A DNA stretch of 36,930 bases. It comes from Fibrobacteria bacterium (lineage in GTDB: Bacteria > Fibrobacterota > Fibrobacteria > UBA11236). Positions within the stretch are counted from its first letter, which is position 1; each line of letters opens with the position of its first letter. Position numbers and translations under genes: made by a program. Under the pieces are notes generated by a model. That model was not told the origin of the DNA. It worked only from the letters and a program-made list of their open reading frames with translations, and made no database searches. Location of the stretch: NCBI GenBank assembly GCA_043750055.1, contig JAYVCH010000077.1, positions 1 to 36,930 of the forward strand, written 5' to 3'. Shown piece after piece: positions 32,396-36,930 of this stretch.

Positions 32396-34387
32396 TTATT
32401 TCTTCGCTCCTTTTTCAGGCTCCGGTTCTTTGATTTTGGTTTTACGCTCTACCTTTTTCGCCGCATATTTAGTGACAATGGTTCCATTGGTACCTCGGGC
32501 ACGGACTTCGAAATCCTCGAAGTTCACGGGAACTTCGGTTTTAATCCGAGGCTGTGGAATTAAGTGGACAATCACTTTGTCAGCTTGGCCTTCTGGTTGT
32601 TTTTCCAGGAACCAAACCTTGCTTTGAGCGCTTCCTTTGGTCAAATCATATTGCTTATCTCGGGTAATGCCGCCGATAAGGAAGCGCTTCGCTAAAATGG
32701 CGCCGCCTCTTCCATCTCGGTAAAGCATGTTATACACCGTTTCTGTAGCATTGCGATCGAATTTGGCTGCGGAAATAATTTTATTTCCGACATAATTTTT
32801 CTCACCGACTTTGGTGACGGCGAAAGTTCCGTCTTCTTTGAAGGCAATGATTTCGTCCAGAGTCGAATAATTATCCCCGATTAATTCTCCGTCGCGCACC
32901 GATGTACCCACGAATCCGTTTTCCCGATCCATGTAAACTTTCAAGTTGGATAGGATCACATCGGAGGCGTCAATGGCATCGAATCGGGAAATTTTTGTTT
33001 TCCGTTCCCTACCTTTGCCGTATTTGGCTAAAAGATTTTCGTAATAATTGAGGGCGTATTTGGTGAGCCCCTTCAGGTTTTTTTCGCATTCGGCGATGTC
33101 CTTTTGCAGGGCAATCATTTCTTCATCGGCCTTGAATCCGTCAAATCGGGAAATGCGTTTAATCCGGATTTCGGTGAGACGTGTAATATCTTCAACCGTC
33201 ACATCTCGTACAAATTGCTTTCTGAAGGGTCGTAGTCCCTTATCAATTGTGTCGATAATTGCTTCCCAAGTTTCGCATTTTTCGATTTGCCGATAAATGC
33301 GTTCTTCGATGAACACTTTTTCCAAGGATTTGAAATGCCATTTCTCGCTCAGGTCATGATTTCGAATCTGAAGCTCTAGCTTGAGTAGCTTGACGGTATT
33401 TTGAACGCTGAGTTCTAATAATTCGGTTACACCAATGAAAACGGGTTTGTTTTCGAAGATGACGCAGCAATTGGGCGACAAGGAGCTTTCACAATCCGTG
33501 AAGGCATACAGTGCATCGATGGCCTTTTCAGGGTCGGCGCCAACGGGGAGGTGAACGGCAATATCCACATTTTTAGCGGTTTTGTCTTCAATCCGTTTAA
33601 TTTTGATTTTGCCTTTGTCATTGGCAGTGACGATGGAATCAATGAGGCTTCCCGTGGTAGTTCCAAAGGGGATTTCGGTGATGGCGAGCGTGCGATCATC
33701 AACCTGGACAATTCGAGCGCGAACCTTGAGTTTGCCGCCGCTTTGTCCGTCATTGTAATTGGAGGCATCGACTAATCCGCCCGTTGGGAAGTCGGGAAGC
33801 AATTTGTACTTCTCGTTCTTCAGCACGGCCATACAGCATTTGATCAGTTCAATAAAATTATGCGGCAAAATCTTGGTGGCTAAACCGACCGCAATTCCTT
33901 CGGCGCCTTGGGCCAGAACCAAAGGAAATTTCATGGGAAGATTGATGGGCTCTAAATTCCGACCATCATAGGAATGTTGCCACGAGGTTGTGGCTGGATT
34001 GAAGGCCACTTCTAGGGCGAACTTGCTCAATTTGGTTTCGATATAACGAGCCGCGGCCGCACTGTCGCCGGTCATGGGATCGCCCCAGTTTCCTTGGGTA
34101 TCAATGAGCAAATTTTTCTGGCCTAAATTGACCAAGGCATCGCCAATGGCGGCATCGCCATGAGGATGGTATTTCATGGTTTGACCAATAATATTGGCCA
34201 CTTTGTGAAACCTTCCGTCTTCCTCTTCCCTTAAAGAATGGAGAATGCGCCTTTGCACCGGCTTAAGTCCGTCCGCCAAATGCGGCACAGCGCGGTCAGT
34301 GATGACATAGGACGCATATTCCAGGAAATATTCTTTATACATGTCTTGGACATGGGGGATATGTTCTTTAATGGTGTTTCCGGCCAT
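32396..34387 (-). CDS. parC: Type IIA DNA topoisomerase subunit A (ParC-like, short C-terminal domain)
   Basis: 663 aa. It has DGLKPVQRRILH and the catalytic Tyr context AAARYIETKL. The C-terminal region is only ~170 aa and I saw no GyrA-box-like QRRGGKG. It starts 2 nt after the subunit B stop. Confidence 0.8.
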   Translation of the reverse strand: MAGNTIKEHIPHVQDMYKEYFLEYASYVITDRAVPHLADGLKPVQRRILHSLREEEDGRFHKVANIIGQTMKYHPHGDAAIGDALVNLGQKNLLIDTQGNWGDPMTGDSAAAARYIETKLSKFALEVAFNPATTSWQHSYDGRNLEPINLPMKFPLVLAQGAEGIAVGLATKILPHNFIELIKCCMAVLKNEKYKLLPDFPTGGLVDASNYNDGQSGGKLKVRARIVQVDDRTLAITEIPFGTTTGSLIDSIVTANDKGKIKIKRIEDKTAKNVDIAVHLPVGADPEKAIDALYAFTDCESSLSPNCCVIFENKPVFIGVTELLELSVQNTVKLLKLELQIRNHDLSEKWHFKSLEKVFIEERIYRQIEKCETWEAIIDTIDKGLRPFRKQFVRDVTVEDITRLTEIRIKRISRFDGFKADEEMIALQKDIAECEKNLKGLTKYALNYYENLLAKYGKGRERKTKISRFDAIDASDVILSNLKVYMDRENGFVGTSVRDGELIGDNYSTLDEIIAFKEDGTFAVTKVGEKNYVGNKIISAAKFDRNATETVYNMLYRDGRGGAILAKRFLIGGITRDKQYDLTKGSAQSKVWFLEKQPEGQADKVIVHLIPQPRIKTEVPVNFEDFEVRARGTNGTIVTKYAAKKVERKTKIKEPEPEKGAKK

Positions 34388-34389
34388 GA

Positions 34390-36351
34390 TTAGGTCTCCA
34401 CCGTCGCGACATTTTTTTTGCCAGCATTAAAGTTCGCGGCCATAGAAGCAGCATCTTCAACAACATCTTCTTCGATACGCAAATTATCCATAATGAAATC
34501 TCGACGAGTAGGCGTATTTTTGCCCATATAGTATTCTAGAATCTCATGCACCTTGGTATCCCCGTGCAAAATGACCGGTTCCAAGCGAATATCCTTGCCA
34601 ATAAAAGCCTCAAATTCATCAGGTGAAATTTCACCTAAGCCTTTGAAGCGCGTGATCTCTGAGTTTCTGCCTAATTTTACCAAGGCAGATTCTTTTTCGG
34701 TTTCGCTATAGCAATACAGGGTTTCTTTTTTGGTGCGCACCCGAAAGAGTGGCGTTTGCAGGACATAGACATGTCCCCGGGCAATCAATTCCGGAAAAAA
34801 TTGTAGTAGAAATGTAAGCAACAGAAGCCGAATATGCGCTCCGTCCACATCGGCATCGGTGGCAATGATGATGCGATTGTAGCGTAACTCTTCTAAGCCT
34901 TCTTCGATGTTGAGGGCATGCTGGAGCAAGTTGAACTCTTCATTCTCATACACCACTTTTTTGGACATCCCATAACAATTCAGGGGCTTTCCCTTAAGAG
35001 AGAAAACCGCTTGCAGATTGACATCTCTAGCTTTAGTAATCGAACCAGAGGCCGAATCGCCTTCAGTAATGAAAATACTGGAGGATTCCCGACGTTTATG
35101 ATTGGTATTCCAGTGGACATTACAGTCGCGAAGCTTTTTATTGTGAAGGCTGGCCTTTTTGGCGCGTTCATTCGCCAAACGGCGGATGCCGGCCATGTCT
35201 TTACGCTCACGCTCACTTTGTTGGATTTTGGCCAACATCTCCTTGGCAGTATCCGGATTTTTATGGAGAAATTGTTCCAAATGTTTGCGAACGAAATCGA
35301 TGATCCAATTTCGGAGGGGATTGCCCTTCTCATCGTAAGTTGTTGAACCTAATTTGGTCTTGGTTTGGGACTCGAAAACCGGTTCATGCATCCGAATAGA
35401 GATGGCGCCCACAATGGAAGCGCGGATATCTGCCGCGTCGAACTCTTTTTTATAAAAATCTTTACAAGCGCGAATAATGCCTTCACGATAAGCCGCAAGA
35501 TGAGTGCCGCCTTCCGTCGTGAATTGGCCATTGACGAAGGAGAAATAGCGTTCACCATAGGAATTGTCATGAGTGAGAGCGGCTTCGAGATCCCCATCTT
35601 TAAAATGGATAATCGGATATCGCTTGGTATTATCTGTGTGCCGGGTTAAAAGGTCGAGAAGACCATTTTTTGAAAAGTATTTCTGACCATTAAAGTTGAT
35701 GGTGAGGCCAGCATTCAGATAAACGTAATACCAGATTCGATCTTCAATGAATTCCGATACCCATTTAAACTTGGTGAAAAGTTCCAAGTCGGGGGTAAAG
35801 CTCATCAAAGTACCGTTTGGCTCCGGGGTGGCCTTTTCCCTCTCGTCGACTTTGAGAACACCTTTGGCAAAACTAGCGGCTTTGGTGCGACCTTCACGGA
35901 AGGATTGGACCTTAAACTGGGAGGATAGCGCATTAACCGCCTTAGAGCCGACACCATTTAGGCCCACGGATTTTTTAAAAGCTTCGCCATCATACTTTCC
36001 GCCGGTATTGATTTTACTGACGCAGTCAATGACTTTGCCTAAGGGAATTCCGCGACCGTAGTCACGTACGGACATGCTTCCATCTTCACCGATTACGATA
36101 TCGACTTGTTTTCCTGCGCCCATGACGAATTCGTCGATAGAATTGTCGACTATTTCTTTGAAAAGGACGTAGATGCCATCATCATGGGATGACCCATTGC
36201 CCAGCTTTCCGATGTACATGCCTGGACGAAGACGGATATGTTCAATCCAATCCAAGGATTTAATACTGTCTTCATCGTAGCTTCCGCGATTTCCCGAACC
36301 CTTTTCACTTTGGGGGTCTTTCTTCGCGATCCGTTCGGCGGGTTTTGCCAT
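34390..36351 (-). CDS. parE: Type IIA DNA topoisomerase subunit B (ParE/GyrB family)
   Basis: 653 aa. It has RLRPGMYIG, the GHKL motifs EIVDNSIDE and [30 protein letters not shown], and [20 protein letters not shown]. Confidence 0.85.
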   Translation of the reverse strand: MAKPAERIAKKDPQSEKGSGNRGSYDEDSIKSLDWIEHIRLRPGMYIGKLGNGSSHDDGIYVLFKEIVDNSIDEFVMGAGKQVDIVIGEDGSMSVRDYGRGIPLGKVIDCVSKINTGGKYDGEAFKKSVGLNGVGSKAVNALSSQFKVQSFREGRTKAASFAKGVLKVDEREKATPEPNGTLMSFTPDLELFTKFKWVSEFIEDRIWYYVYLNAGLTINFNGQKYFSKNGLLDLLTRHTDNTKRYPIIHFKDGDLEAALTHDNSYGERYFSFVNGQFTTEGGTHLAAYREGIIRACKDFYKKEFDAADIRASIVGAISIRMHEPVFESQTKTKLGSTTYDEKGNPLRNWIIDFVRKHLEQFLHKNPDTAKEMLAKIQQSERERKDMAGIRRLANERAKKASLHNKKLRDCNVHWNTNHKRRESSSIFITEGDSASGSITKARDVNLQAVFSLKGKPLNCYGMSKKVVYENEEFNLLQHALNIEEGLEELRYNRIIIATDADVDGAHIRLLLLTFLLQFFPELIARGHVYVLQTPLFRVRTKKETLYCYSETEKESALVKLGRNSEITRFKGLGEISPDEFEAFIGKDIRLEPVILHGDTKVHEILEYYMGKNTPTRRDFIMDNLRIEEDVVEDAASMAANFNAGKKNVATVET

Positions 36352-36374
36352 CTCAATTATTCCTTAAACATTCC

Positions 36375-36404
36375 AATGGTACTGCCCATATGGACAGTAC
36401 CATT
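36375..36404. promoter_or_regulatory. 30-bp near-perfect palindrome centred on CATATG, upstream of parE
   Basis: AATGGTACTG (36375-36384) pairs with CAGTACCATT (36395-36404). The inner arms CCCA/TGGA have one mismatch. It lies 24 nt upstream of the parE start and 60 nt after the preceding gene's stop. Confidence 0.4.
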
Positions 36405-36463
36405 CTTATAGGCAAAATATCATTCCATATCACTAAGACTGTCAATTTTGCAATGATTCAGAT

Positions 36464-36930
36464 TCAACGGCCAGCGGAAAAAACTTGGAATTTGAAATCA
36501 AGACCGCCGCGTTCATTTCCTTGTGAGGCAACGATGTCCAAAACTAGAGGGCCATTGAGAGTTGGAAGAGGCTTAACATCATATAATACAACAATTTGAC
36601 TAGGCGCTTCTTCCAAATGACTCGAAGCAACATGTTGCGGGGAAGCTGCAGATGCGGCCGAAAGGGTAAACACCGGTTTCGGGGAATTATGGCTGAATAT
36701 CTGGTCAGCGGCATCGGGCAAAATTATTGTGGCCTCGGCTTCGGGGCCGTGTCCATAAATGGCGATAACGGCCACATGAACGGTTCCGGTATCACGAATC
36801 GAAATAGAAAGGCTGTCACTGGGTTGAAACCCGGCATCTAAATAGCGCCAACCCGATTTTGAATTATACAGCAACTCTAGGCCTGAACCATTTCCACCCG
36901 TCATCGTAAAAGTGGAATTCTCACCGGGTC
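36464..36930 (-). CDS. 3' part of a CDS that continues beyond the window end; hypothetical protein
   Basis: The frame stays open upstream of the ORF-track ATG (36904) to the window edge (..PGENSTFTMTGG..). The sequence is beta-strand-like and I recognise no family. Confidence 0.4.
   Translation of the reverse strand, partial: PGENSTFTMTGGNGSGLELLYNSKSGWRYLDAGFQPSDSLSISIRDTGTVHVAVIAIYGHGPEAEATIILPDAADQIFSHNSPKPVFTLSAASAASPQHVASSHLEEAPSQIVVLYDVKPLPTLNGPLVLDIVASQGNERGGLDFKFQVFSAGR

Noticed and set aside
1-36930. CRISPR arrays, tRNA/rRNA genes, transposases, integrases, phage or toxin-antitoxin/defence gene sets
   Set aside because: None was found. The intergenic gaps are short, the largest being 442 bp upstream of dnaA. 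They contain no cloverleaf-like or repeat-spacer structure, and no ORF shows recombinase, nuclease or defence-type motifs.

Overview
This is a 36.9 kb bacterial chromosomal window at roughly mid-40s %GC, judged by eye. It is densely coded, with about 30 CDS. I found no rRNA, tRNA, CRISPR array, transposase or integrase.

Most of the window is housekeeping:
- DNA topology and replication: topoisomerase III, dnaA, and a type IIA topoisomerase B/A pair (parE/parC-like).
- An overlap-coupled minus-strand operon: squalene synthase, lspA, rluD and a SAM methyltransferase.
- Carbon metabolism: ptsP (GAF-EI), a GlgM-like GT4 plus GlgE alpha-glucan pair, and enolase.
- A hybrid PAS histidine kinase, followed by RNase R coupled to a degenerate CobS-like membrane protein.

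The only accessory-looking stretch is about 21.2-31.0 kb. It holds a divergent GT4 / GT4 / DUF2334-type deacetylase / GT32 cassette. Next to it are a two-gene operon for a 723-aa secreted protein of unknown family and a free-standing secreted seven-blade Reg_prop beta-propeller. A secreted beta-rich protein and an M50B-like membrane metalloprotease follow.

The most interesting points:
- That uncharacterised secreted/glycosylation neighbourhood.
- Two genes (rluD and GT32) whose conserved N-termini lie upstream of any ATG/GTG/TTG, which implies CTG or AUY initiation.
- The CobS-like protein with its conserved Asp motif replaced.
- A dnaA locus with neither dnaN nor recognisable DnaA boxes.

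All family calls come from motif recognition by eye. No database search was run.
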